A stretch of DNA of 64,000 bases, from assembly GCA_024704765.1 (NCBI GenBank), contig JAKMXF010000019.1:27517-91516 (forward strand), in the 5' to 3' direction. Shown piece by piece: positions 1-12,224 of the stretch. The position numbers and the translations under genes are program-made. The stretch's first letter is position 1, and every line of letters begins with the position of its first letter. This stretch comes from Oopsacas minuta. Its lineage: Eukaryota; Animalia; Porifera. Under the pieces are notes generated by a model. That model did not search any database. It had not been told where the DNA came from and saw nothing but the letters and a program-made list of their open reading frames with translations.

Positions 1-86
1 GCACGCACTTCCCCTTGTAGCATTACGTCACGTTTGAACGTCCAGGGAATTCTCCAGTTTGATATTTGTAACTTACTCTATTTTAG

Positions 87-3000
87 AATGTCTCTCATAA
101 CAAGCAGAAAGAGACAGGAGAAGGCCTCACGAAGAAGGAACCCATGAAACAAGCAACAGACGTAATACACAGAATAATCTGGGACCCTGAGCTACCCTCC
201 GAATGCTTTATTATCGGATATCTCGATAGATTCGTGGGAATAATAGAAAGACCTTTCTCAGAGTTTAGCTGGGAAGATATAGCTACAGTAGACTTAGACG
301 TGCTTGCTATTCCTAAACATAGAATACAATACTTTAAGTATAAGAATGTAGTAGTCTGGGATAAGAACTTACAGTTGGATAAAGTGTATGGCTCTCGGGG
401 TACTAATATTACTATACAGGAGGTTATACAGGAATATGAAGCTAATAATCCCAAGAGTAAATCCAATGGTGAGAGCTTGTTATTGTTGTGATGATTTGTT
501 TGTTTGTTTGTTGTTTACCAATTAAAACACTTGTTTATTATCTGAGCTATTAAATATTGTTCCCGAATTTCCCATTACTGAAGTTAGGGCTTTGACACCT
601 TTCAATAACCTCACCACTCCAGTTATAACGAAGCTCAATGGGTCGCTATAATTCCTTTGATATAAGCGGGCATTTCGAGATAATAGGAGTTTAATGCATA
701 AAATCTACATATTTCATTACAGAACCCATTGCTACGGAGACAGTAACAGCTGATACAGAGGATATCTCCCCAGCTGAGGCAAAGATAGAGCTAATGATTG
801 AGGATTCAGATGATGAGAGTACTATTGATGACGTCAGTAGTGTTGCTAGTAACTTTAATGCTACAAGACTAGCTAACAGGAAAAGTCAGAATAAGGACAG
901 ACCCAATTATTTTCTGTGTTTTAAAGTAAGAATCCATGGTTCTTTTTCATAGATTTATTGGGACGAATTATTGTACTTTCTGTTGGCTAGTTGCAAATTA
1001 TTTTCAATATCTCTACAAATATTTATCTTTGTTATACACTTAGGTAACAGACACTGGTATACAGAAACAAGCAAGGAATGTCCAGAAGGGAGTACTAGCT
1101 AACTGTCCGATGCTAGAAGAGGCATGTCTTAACGTCAATAGACTACACGTAACGCTAGTTATGATACGAATAGATTCAGAAGATGAGATGTATAGAGCTA
1201 TTGAAGTTATTGGAAATTTTCAAAATGAGTTATGTAGGATTTTACCTCAGTTTAATAAGATAGAAATCAATGGTGTAGATTGCTTTAGAGATCAAGTAAG
1301 TTGTTTATTTGTTTGTTTGTTTCTTACTTGACGGGATCCCTTGATTGTCGCCGGTTTTAACTTCATATCCAGAGGGAAATGAAAACTGGATATTTTACTA
1401 TTTTTGCAATATTTTGAATATTTTCGGGTGTAATAAAGGAATAAATTGAAAATCTCTGCGTGTTAAATGATATATGTAGTTTATTTGTTTGTTTATTTGT
1501 TTGTTTGTTTGTTTGTTTGTTTGTTTGTTTGTTGTTTATTTGTTTGTTTGTTTGTTTGTTGTTTATTTGTTTGTTTATTTGTTTGTTTTTGTTGTTTGTT
1601 TGTTGGTTTGTTTGTTGTTTGTTTGTTGTTTGTTTGTTGTTTGTTTGTTGTTTATTTGTTGTTTATTTGTTTGTTTATTTGTTTGTTTTTGTTGTTTGTT
1701 TGTTGGTTTGTTTGTTGTTTGTTTGTTGTTTGTTTGTTGTTTATTTGTTGTTTATTTGTTGTTTATTTGTTGGGTAGATGAGTTGTAGTTTAATTGGCGT
1801 GTTAAAATATAATAATTCTATAATCTATAATTACAATCTCCATGATTTGATTGGTAAAATTGCTAATCAGCTGATTACTGGTTGCTAGGATGATATCATG
1901 GAATGTTAGAACTATTGGAATTGTTTGAGGAACAATCTTGTCCAGTCACGGGGTCTATCTTGGTACTTGTCCGATCCTGCATATTTATCAAGTTTTCTTT
2001 CGATGTATTTGTTAGAGTTTCAGCAATTTTCAGAGGGTTTATATTCATATTTTCACACCTTTTAACTTCCCTCCTTTTCACTCTATTCGTCCTCACGAAA
2101 AGCAAAACACTTACGTATATTGTCAATACAAATATAATTACATTAATACAAATAATACAAATAAGAATACACAATTGTATCAATTCATTTTCTCCAAATT
2201 CTAGAATACATTTCAAAATTCCCATTTTTGCCTAAAAATTTTCTCTTAAATTATTTTATAGTTTCAGTTCTGAACCCATACTGTACCTATAAGTTCTCTG
2301 TTGGGGATTCTATATGGACTTTATGTTCCGTATTCTATAGCAACACATCTGTGTAATAGATATTCTGTTATCTTGTGTTTCAATACGGGAAATATATGTC
2401 ACAGTTTGAAAAGCAACATTATCGGGTCACTTAGGGGTCTAGATTGCCCCCCTGTCCTCTGATTAATTAAGTTACTTAGCGAAATCACCCCTCGGGGTAT
2501 AGTTTATGCCAATGAGTCAACAATTCGTCAGCTACTCAAGCCAATACTTAAGGCTTCTTCTATTTCTGTATTTCATAACTCTGATTAATACATTAACTAT
2601 TTACACGAAGTTAATATGACTGTTTTGAATCATGGATGGGACTTTTATGGGACTTTTCCCCAGGATAGAGATTCGTATGCCTTACTAATGGAGTTGACGT
2701 CTTAACACGTCACAAGGGGATGTGATAATTCTACACGCTGTAGACTGCGCTTAATAAACCAACACCTTGATTCCGCTTATATGGGTCAAATGGTCTGATC
2801 CTGATGTGGTCCTATTAAGCGTAGTCTTCTGTATTTTCATCCTATAGGTAATATTCGCGTGTTTGAAAGCCAACTCTGCTCTAACGCGTGTTGCCAGTGC
2901 TCTGAAGATCAGATTTGAAGAGGCTGGTATCGGTACCCCTGGTAACCATGTCCCCTTCAAGCCTCACATGACGTTAATCAAATTATCCAGACCCTTGGCT

Positions 3001-6000
3001 AAGAAAATGAACATTACTCGTCTGAACCATTCTATATATTTTGATTTTAAAACTACTCATTTTGGGTTTCAATCGGTTGAGACACTAATCTTAGGAAGTA
3101 TGTTTGAGTTGAATGAAGAAGATGGATTCTATGTACACAAGTTTGTTATATCTAATCACATTTCTAGTTTGAGGGAGGGCTTATCTGAAGTCCTCCTGGC
3201 TCAAATTCTCAAAAATATTTGTGTCTCTAATCGGTGAGTTTTTGCTATACACTCAACTCCTGTTATGTCTAACACGGATATATAAACACATACGGGAGTT
3301 GACTGTATTTATAATTATCTCACTTTGTAGTTCTCTACCAGTCGTACAGATGATTGAAGATGTCATGAAACAAGATTTTGAGGACTCACATATGCTCGAT
3401 CGTCTCCTCTCTCTTATAATGCACTATGAGACCCCTGTACACGAGGGATATGACGTGATAATACTCCGTGGACTCCCTGGCAGCGGAAAATCCACACTAA
3501 TAGAAAACTCAACCGAATGCAAAAACGGGAAATTATCAATTTGCAGTGCAGATAGTTTCTTCACAGATAATCTAACTGGAGAATACAGATTTGATATTAA
3601 CAAGCTGAGTACTGCACATTCTTCTTGTATGAACTTGTATCTAGAGAATCTAATCGGGAACAAATCACTGATTATTATTGATAACACAAACTCTCAATAT
3701 TGGGAATATTCTCTCTATAAATGTTTGGCGAAGTGTTTTGGGTACAGCTGCTCGGTTTTGGAGTTAATCTGTCCAGATGAAGATGTTCTCAAAGTATACC
3801 ATAAACGGAACAAACACAATGTTGGTTATGAAGTGTTGGTTGCTATGAGGAACCGTTGGGAATGTGATAATACAAGTGTTGTTATTAACCCCAAAAAGGT
3901 AAACAACAATTCTCTACTGAGCTTAGTTAGAGGCACAAAAAGTAAACACAAACAGGACACAATTCCTAATCTTACAACCATCTTATTCGCAGCTGTTTTT
4001 CTAACTCAATATTCATATAACACCCTCATACAACAATTCCCAGCTGTTTTTACAGACATCAAAGCTAGTCACATAACTCTACAATATAGACCCACGAGTA
4101 CAGACATAAACGAGTATAAACTAGGAAGTAATGTTGAGTTTACTGTCTTAGGGTGTGTTCAGGACGATAAGGTGCAGACAGTACCAGTTAAACTGCCCTC
4201 TGATATCAAATCAGAGAATTCACACCCTCATGTGACCATAAGTGTGTCCTCTATTGGAGCTGCTAAAGACTCAAACAATCTCCTAAACAAGATAGCTCGT
4301 ACCAAAAATATAAACGATCTTCCTAACAAACCTGACAATTTGGTACTGCGTGGTACAATAGGCTTACAAGTAGAGACAGCTGACGGACATATAAGGCGGG
4401 TATTTAATAGAACTGAATTGAACAGAGAAACATCCAATACTCCTAAACCCAAACCTACCCTCCCCTCTATAGATATATACACAGGACCATCTGACTACAT
4501 TACCCAGTTATACATCTTTGATCTTGATGGGACACTCATTAACACCCCTGGTCCTCTAGAGGGTCCCGGACAGTATGAGGTGTTAACTGGGACTGTCTGG
4601 CCCTATAACAAGTTTGTTATATACCCTGAGAGCTTGATATACCCCATGAGTACTCATTGTACCCCGGGACCAGGCCTCTTCCAATTCTTCTCTCACAAAT
4701 CGAGGGCCCAGAGTCTGACAGTAGTAATGACAGGGAGACTTCAGTCTATTAGCAATTCTGTCAGAGAGATTTTATCTAATTATAGTATCATTCCAGACGT
4801 GTTGCTATGTAAAGAGGACAATTCTCCCCTCCATACTCCGGAGTACAAGGCTTTGGAGCTTAGGAAACTTCTAGAACAATTCCCTCATGTAAAATACATT
4901 AAAATATGGGAGGATTTGGCTGAGAACCTAGCAGCATTTGCAAATATTACCCCAGATTATTTAGATAAGGAATTCGAGTTTATTGATGTGATTAGTTTCC
5001 AACAACAGTCTCATAAAAAAAAAAGTACTTCTGTGACACAAAAGAAATCTAAAGCTTATCAAACTGTTCGTGTTTATGGGAAAATACAGAGAAGTTCGTA
5101 TCATGATGCTGTAGAGAATACCATTAGCCTGATCTCGTCGCTATGGGCGAGTTGTATCAAGTATCAAGGGAAACCAGAGGATCTAGCTCACCCATTTGGA
5201 TCTTACCCTCTGAAACGAATGAGTGACATTGACTTATGTCTTTATGCACCTAGCAAAATGACAGTCATCGAGTGTATCACCCGTATGGAACAGCTGTTGG
5301 TCCAATGTGGTATCAATTGTATTCACACTTCTCAGCACTCAAGGGTACCCAGAATCCGGTTCCTCTGTCGCTATATGGGAACAACAGAGATCAGTTATGA
5401 TATCATTTTTATGAGAATGAATGAAATGAATGAAATTCCTAGTAAATTGAAGGAATTGAGAAAACTGATTCCTCCAGAAGATATCCCTTCTGTTACTGCT
5501 CTTGAAGGATTGGAATTTGTTAATAGAGTTAAACAAACACTAATAAAAGGTAAGCAATAATATTATTTGTTTATTTCAGAGGTTCACAACCTTTTTCACT
5601 ACGTATACCAATGTTAACACCTTCTATGGACACCCTGCTGTCCTCTGTGGACCACCAAGGATTCCATGTATCCCAGATTGGGAACCACGTGCCAGCCAAA
5701 GAACATACGGGGCCAGACATTTATATTTAGGGAAATATTATTTTTCTGGGAAGTAACATATTTGTATTTGCCTGGCAACCAAAAACGCTGGAGAATTCCA
5801 CATTTTGCCACGTTCTGGTTGGAACATAACACTCAGAATGTGTCATAATAGTGGCACAATGGCAGATTATGTCACATTTTAAATACATTATGTGTAGGTA
5901 TCTCTGAAGAAGACTTTGCAGCTGTTATAGAGCTAATAGTATTAATTCTACGTAGCAAACATCAAAAGGGAAATGCATTCCATTGCATCAGAACATTCCA

Positions 6001-6865
6001 TTTACTCAAAATACTGCTTGACCTCATTGAAAATAAGAAAATATCCAGATCATGTCTAGGATCAGCTGATCAGCTAGCTAGAGCTCTCTTGGACCAACTG
6101 GCCCAGCTGACTACTGAGGAATGGTGTCAGTACTTAGGAGAGTTTGTACCAGTACAATATATTCCTATCTTACAGGTAATGGGGTGCTAAGTACAGTGGA
6201 ACACTGTCTGATAGAGACGTTTATTTATTTTGCAATTTTCAACTCATTTATATATTAAAATTTTTTTACAGAAAATATTCACAGAATGCTCCGTCATATC
6301 AAACTCGCCAACATTTCCATCAGTAGCTGTTTACCACAAGATGTTATCCCCTATAGCATTCCCGTTACCCAATCACGTTGCTATGGAAATAGAAATAGAA
6401 TGTCCTAACCTCCCTCTACAGTTCAAGTACGAGACTATTGTGGAATCAAAATTGGGATCAACTATTAGAAAGATGCTAGAGAGCGGAATTAACCTAATCC
6501 CTGGTCCATGTAGTGCAAACAGGATTTGTTTCAATATTCCAAATATCGAGGAGGAGATAGAGAAGTGTCACGCTACCCTCAAACCGTTCCTATTCGAGTT
6601 TGACACATTAAGACACGAGGTGACAATCAGCTTAATAAGCCAATCAAATATTGTTCTTGCAGCTGAACAACAAATAGTGGATTTGGAACCGATATACGCA
6701 GAAATTCTCGCGTTTAGATCGAGTGAAGAGAAATCGTTTCCACTCCCATCGACACTTAGCAGCCACCAGAGACTCTTGGTATACCAATTCTTAGAGAAAC
6801 AGGGCTTAAAGCATGTAACAAACACAGAAGGAAATGTGAAAAAGATTATTATTAAGAAAATTTGA
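87..6865 (+). CDS. Multidomain RNA end-healing ('Swiss-army-knife'/LENG9-related) protein; exons 87-468, 723-925, 1044-1295, 2848-3233, 3331-5549, 5898-6175, 6272-6865; possibly 5'-partial
   Basis: All six introns are GT-AG and the phases chain into one 4,314-nt frame (1,437 aa). Motifs: MKQATDVIHRIIWD..GYLDRF (MJ1316/DUF504); RPNYFL, LHVTL, PHMTL (AKAP7-like 2H); GLPGSGKST and IIIDNTN (N4BP2/PNK-like P-loop); SHITL and PHVTI (second 2H); DLDGT, MTGR, IWED (HAD); FGSY..SDIDL (pol-beta/PAP NTase); LSSHQRLLVY..GLKH (R3H-like). Confidence 0.82.
1480..1775. repeat. Degenerate (GTTT)n/(TTTG)n microsatellite in intron 3 of the RNA-processing gene
   Basis: About 300 nt of gttt/tttg/ttta units, directly visible. 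Confidence 0.95.
1896..2225 (-). CDS. Putative small single-pass membrane protein nested antisense in an intron
   Basis: 109-aa ORF with one long hydrophobic stretch (LCILICIICINVIIFVLTIYVSVLLFV) followed by a basic RVKRRE. A similar RVKREE follows the TM segment of ORF 27507-27749. Confidence 0.42.
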   Translation of the reverse strand: MGILKCILEFGENELIQLCILICIICINVIIFVLTIYVSVLLFVRTNRVKRREVKRCENMNINPLKIAETLTNTSKENLINMQDRTSTKIDPVTGQDCSSNNSNSSNIP

Positions 6866-7123
6866 ACTCTTTTTGTTAGGTAAAAGTATTTGTTTATGTA
6901 AATATTAGAAATATAATATATTGTTGACTCTTTTAAGTTATCACATAAGCTCGATGTCCGTATACTCAGCATCCAGTGTATTAGTATTAGTATATCAGCT
7001 GTTAATTAGTAATTAGCAGAACAAGATTCTTGTTTGTAACTGATAGCTATAGTATGTACATGTTCTATATATTAAGAATTAAGCTAATCATTCCTACTCA
7101 GTATTTGATTTGTATATTGTATA

Positions 7124-8539
7124 ATGGCAGAGAAGTTAACAGACTCAGAAGGGAGAGAGGACTTGGTCTACATAAAGACAGAGGATGGTAGCTACAGAGG
7201 CTGGAGGGTTGATTTGTTGATAGACAAGTTATCAAGCAAAATGGAAGAGAAAATATTGTTATGTAGCAGTTGTAAAGGAATGTTAAGAGATGCTTGTCTC
7301 TATGAAGGAGATTTGAGGTGTGGTGTGTGCATTCCTGAGGGTGTAGCATGGCAACCAGTAATAATGAACCGTGAAATTGTCTCTGATAAAATGGTAGTTT
7401 ATTTGTTGTTATTTACAAGTGTTTGTTTGTGTTTACAGATGAGTTATTTATTTGTAGATTAGTTGTCCCCTGAAGAAGAGAGGGTGTGAATGGAGTGACA
7501 CAGTGAGTACAGTAATACACCACCTGGAAGAATGTGAGTTCTTTCCTGTACTGTGTCCTCTGGGGTGTGTCTGTCTGGAAGGAGAGAGGAAGGGGAAAGT
7601 TTTGAAGCTGGAGAAGAGACGGATTGCAGAACACCAGAGAGCCTCGTGTCCCTTAAGAGAACTGGAGTGTGAATTCTGTATGAATAAAGTGAAGGCCTGT
7701 GAGATGAATCCTCATTTGGAGGTCTGTGAGCACTTTCCAGTTCCTTGTCCTAATAGATGTGTGATAGAAGGGGGGGAAGGGACCAGACAAGTGAAGAGGA
7801 GAGATGTTGCTGTCCATCTATCTGATGAGTGTCCTCTACAGAAAGTAGAGTGTCCTTATTGGGTCTATGGATGTAGAGAGGAGATAGAGAGGAAAGAGAT
7901 GGATCTTCATGAAAGAGAATTCGTACACATTCACTTCAGATTATCAATGACTGATATGAAACTGAAACTAATTAAATCCTCTCAAGAACAGGTCATAGCA
8001 AATACCAAAATCGAGAATTTAGAGAAACAAATTACTGAGAAGGATTCAGAACTGAAATCAATTAAAGAAGTACTCTATTCTCATACATCTCTATCTACAG
8101 GACAATTGGAATGGAAGATTGAAGGTGTTAAACAGAAGATAGAAAACAAAGAGTATACTTACAGTGATCCATTCTATGTAGGATTATACAAGTGTCAGGG
8201 GATATTCAATGGAATTGGTTGAATACAGATGAAGTAGGTGTTTTCATTTATATTATGAAAGGAGGTTATGATGATAAACTACACTGGCCTATCAGATACA
8301 AATATACGTTTATTCTACTCAATCACATTAACAGTAATAATAATTATGAATTCACTAATCAAATAACTAAGGAAGATTTGGAGAAATATCCTGAATGCTT
8401 CAAGAGACCTACTGAGATGAGAAATAATGGTTTTGGAAATTATTTCTTCATTTCAAACACTGAAATATTAGAAGCTAAATATTGTAAAGAAGACAGCATA
8501 ACTCTTCTAATTAAAATAGAATTGTTACCATTTTTCTGA
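7124..8539 (+). CDS. TRAF-like protein, copy 1 (degenerate RING, TRAF zinc fingers, short coiled coil, MATH); exons 7124-7393 and 7458-8539; 1-nt frameshift near 8190
   Basis: Motifs CSSC..CGVC, CPLKKRGCEW, CEHFPVPCPN, LEWKI..YSDPFYVG.YK, LHWP. The intron is a 64-nt GT-AG. Adding one G to the run in tgtcagggg restores the frame seen in copies 2-4. Confidence 0.88.
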
Positions 8540-9302
8540 CTTTATTTATATTTTTGTTTACTTATTATTCTTATTTATCCTTCACTCAATGTTTATCAGA
8601 ACAAGAGTTTATTTGTATTTTATAGATTGTATTGTTATGAAAACTATTTACTAACAACTATTAGATTTGTATGATAATAGACTAGGAGATGGAGCTGTTA
8701 TAATGTGATATATCCTCTGTTGATGTTCCATTTCCAAACCAAATCAATTTCCAGTTTCAAATAGGTGTTAGAATATGCATGAACCACTACATAACTTGTA
8801 ATTACTAAGCAATGTTCTTGCCAGAGCGAGCGACTGTATGAGTTGGCTCACCTCCAAGATCTTTGTCTCCCAGAAAATCATTTTACTAATGAGCTATATC
8901 TTGACATAGTTACTCTCATTATTCATAAATATATACAAACCTCAGTTTTGTTATTTTCTCTTAGTTCTAAGTTTAAAGGCATTGCTTATACAATTCTGGG
9001 GAATATGAGCAATATATTCCATGTTATTGCATTTAAGGATAGGTGTTAACAATTGGAACTTATTTACATCTATCTTAGAATAAATACAAATATTCTTTGT
9101 GAGTAGCAATTCATTTCAATAGATAATGTTTGTCATTTCTTTATGAAAATAAACTACGAAAGGTGTTGGTATATCTTTGATGGGATAAAAAACCAAAAAG
9201 CTTAAATACAAGTAAAGATATGTGATAATGCTAAGCCACATTAACCGTATCTTCTATGCATTGAAAGAGATCACAAGTTTAGACTGATCATCATTCCATA
9301 TA

Positions 9303-9706
9303 CAGTGAAACCTCTGGAATCAGGGCATGCGGGATACTAGGAAAATTTCTGACGCCCCGATTCTGGATTTCAGTGTGGTATTGTGTCAAAATCACCATTT
9401 TCCGTATTTATGTAGTTCATATTACGTCATACTATTGTTTCGTATTGCTAGTCACACTGTAGCGTTAAAATATCTCATTCTGCTACATAATTACCCTCAG
9501 AGGCGGATTGAGTTGATTTCTTGTTCACTTACGTAGCATTTATATTGTGTTTTATTCGATAGTTATTGCGAAAATAAAAATTTATTGTGTTGATTTCAGT
9601 ATTGATGCCCCGATTGCGTAGGGGATTTTAGTATTAGTTCTATGCAAGCTGAAAGAATTAGATTGTCAGGGTTTGCCCCGATTCCCCGATTTCAGAGGTT
9701 TCACTG
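9303..9706. mobile_element. Tc1/mariner-superfamily (pogo/Tigger-like) MITE
   Basis: TIRs cagtgaaacctctggaatc / gatttcagaggtttcactg (1 mismatch), flanked by TA on both sides; no ORF of note; absent from the other array spacers. Confidence 0.85.
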
Positions 9707-10250
9707 TATTCTATATCATATAACTATTCCCTTGCCCGGTCTACAGACACCTTCATTGTAGCATTCAGCGAATATTAGTCACAATAATTAATATACTTTG
9801 CTTGTCTAATAAAATGTATGTCTTACTTGCTTAAAGTGTTTTGGTATGTATTTAGTCGGTAAGATTAACAAATTAGTAATAATTCAATTAATTTGTTACT
9901 GAATTCAGTATTTATCAAACCTCTTACTCTTAAACTGTTACAATATATTCACTAATCTGGCTCATTCGTATTTTGGATCATTCCAGCTCCTACAGCCCAA
10001 TCTTAAATATGGAATATCCAATTTCTTAACGACATAATTCGATTTGTCTGTTATACGAACATTCTATGGAATGTCTGACGATGTCCGTATACTCAGCATC
10101 CAGTGTATTAGTATTAGTATATCAGCTGTTAATTAGTAATTAGCAGAACAAGATTCTTGTGTGTAACTGATAGCTATAGTATGTACATGTTCTATATATT
10201 AAGAATTAAGCTAATCATTCCTACTCAGTATTTGATTTGTATATTGTATA

Positions 10251-11910
10251 ATGGCAGAGAAGTTAACAGACTCAGAAGGGAGAGAGGACTTGGTCTACAT
10301 AAAGACAGAGGATGGTAGCTACAGAGGCTGGAGGGTTGATTTGTTGATTAACAGGTTATCAAGCAAAATGGAAGAGAAATTATTGTTATGTAGCAGTTGT
10401 AAAGGAATGTTAAGAGATGCTTGTCTCTATGAGGGAAATTTGAGGTGTGGTGTGTGCATTCCTGAGGGTATAGCATGGCAACCAGTGAAGATGAATCGTG
10501 AAATAGTCTCCGATAAAATGGTAGTTTATTTGTTGTTATTTACAAATGTTTGTTTGTGTTTACAGATGAATTATTTATTTGTAGATTAGTTGTCCCCTAA
10601 AGAAGAGAGGGTGTGAATGGAGTGACACAGTGAGTACAGCAATACACCACCTGGAAGAATGTGAGTTCTTTCCTGTACTGTGTCCTCTGGGGTGTGTCTG
10701 TCTGGAAGGAGAGATGAAGGGGAAAGTTATGAAGCTGGAGAAGAGACGGATTCCAGAACATCAGAGAGACTCATGTCCCTTAAGAGAACTGGTGTGTGAA
10801 TTCTGTCTGAATAAAGTGAAGGCCTGTGAGATGAATCCTCATTTGGAGGACTGTGAGCACTTTCCAGTTCCTTGTCCTAATAGGTGTGTGATAGAAGGAG
10901 AGGAAGGGACCAGACAAGTTAAGAGAAGAGATGTTCCTGCCCATCTATCTAATGATTGTCCTCTACAAAAAGAAGAGTGTCCTTATTGGGTCTATGGGTG
11001 TAGAGAGGAAATAGAGAGGAAAGAGATGGATCTTCATGAAAGAGAATTCATGCACATTCACTACAGATTATCTATGACTGATATGAAACAGAAACAAGAT
11101 GAAACATCTGAACTATTGCAAGACAAACTTGATACAGCAACCGAGAGAATAGCATTCATAGAAAATGAAAATGAAAGTAAGAGCAAAGAGCTATTAACAT
11201 TGAAACAGAATCAAATAGAAACGAATGATCAACTGGATAGAGCAACTAAGAAGATTGCTTTCCTACAAAATGAAAATGAAAGTAAGAGCAAAGAGCTATT
11301 GACATTGAAACAGAATCAAATTGAAACATCTGAAGATAATAGACTACTGGCAGAGAAACTGGAAAAAGCAAATACCAAAATCGAGAATTTAGAGAAACAG
11401 ATTACTGAGAAGGATTCAGAACTGAAATCAATTAAAGAAGTACTCTATTCTCATACATCTCTACCTACAGGACAATTGGAATGGAAGATTAAAGGTGTAA
11501 AACAGAAGATACAAAATAAAGAGTCTACTTACAGTGATCCATTCTATGTAGGATTATACAAGTGTCAGGGCTGTATTATATGGAATTGTTTGAATAAAGG
11601 TAAAGTAGGTGTTTACATTTATATTATGAAAGGAGGTTATGATGATAAACTACACTGGCCTATCAGATACAAATATACGTTAATTATACTCAATCACATT
11701 AACAGTAATAATAATTATGAAATCACTAATCAAGTAACTAAGGAATATTTGGAGAAATATCCTGATTGCTTCAAGAGACCTACTCAGATGAGAAATATAA
11801 GTTTTGGAACTCATTCATTCATTTCAAACACTGAAATATTAGAAGCTAAATATTGTAAAGAAGACAGCATAACTCTTCTAATTAAAATAGAATTGTTACC
11901 AGCATTATAA
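10251..11910 (+). CDS. TRAF-like protein, copy 2 (intact, 531 aa); exons 10251-10520 and 10585-11910
   Basis: Same exon structure as copy 1, open frame, coiled coil with a duplicated 105-nt unit, MATH domain ending LLPAL. Confidence 0.92.
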
Positions 11911-12224
11911 CTTTATTTGTATTTTTGTTTACTTATTATTCTTATTTATCTTCAATGTTTATCAGAACAAGAGTTTATTTGTATTTTATAGATTGTATTG
12001 TTATGAATAATTATTTACTAACAACTTTTAGCTTTTGTATGATAATAGACTAGGAGATGGAGCTGTTATAATGTGATATATCCTCTGTTGATGTTCCCTT
12101 GCCAATCCAAATCAGTTTCCAGTTTCCAATAGGTGTTAGAATACGCATGAATCACTACATAACTTATACATCCAATTAACCAATACTTGGAATATATCAG
12201 TCAGAGCTGAGATTAGTTAACCGA

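Noticed and set aside
1460-1788. Three overlapping hydrophobic ORFs (LFVC repeats)
   Set aside because: Translations of a (GTTT)n microsatellite with no stop codons; it lies in an intron.
3221-3330. N-terminal 37 aa of the 779-aa ORF as a real start or signal peptide
   Set aside because: Overlaps the 3234-3330 GT-AG intron that joins the 2H exon in frame to the kinase exon.
7098-7349. Conserved antisense ORF MLHPQEC.. repeated at 13091, 16024 and 62562
   Set aside because: A shadow of TRAF exon 1; its recurrence is explained by gene duplication, and it is absent at this length in copy 2.
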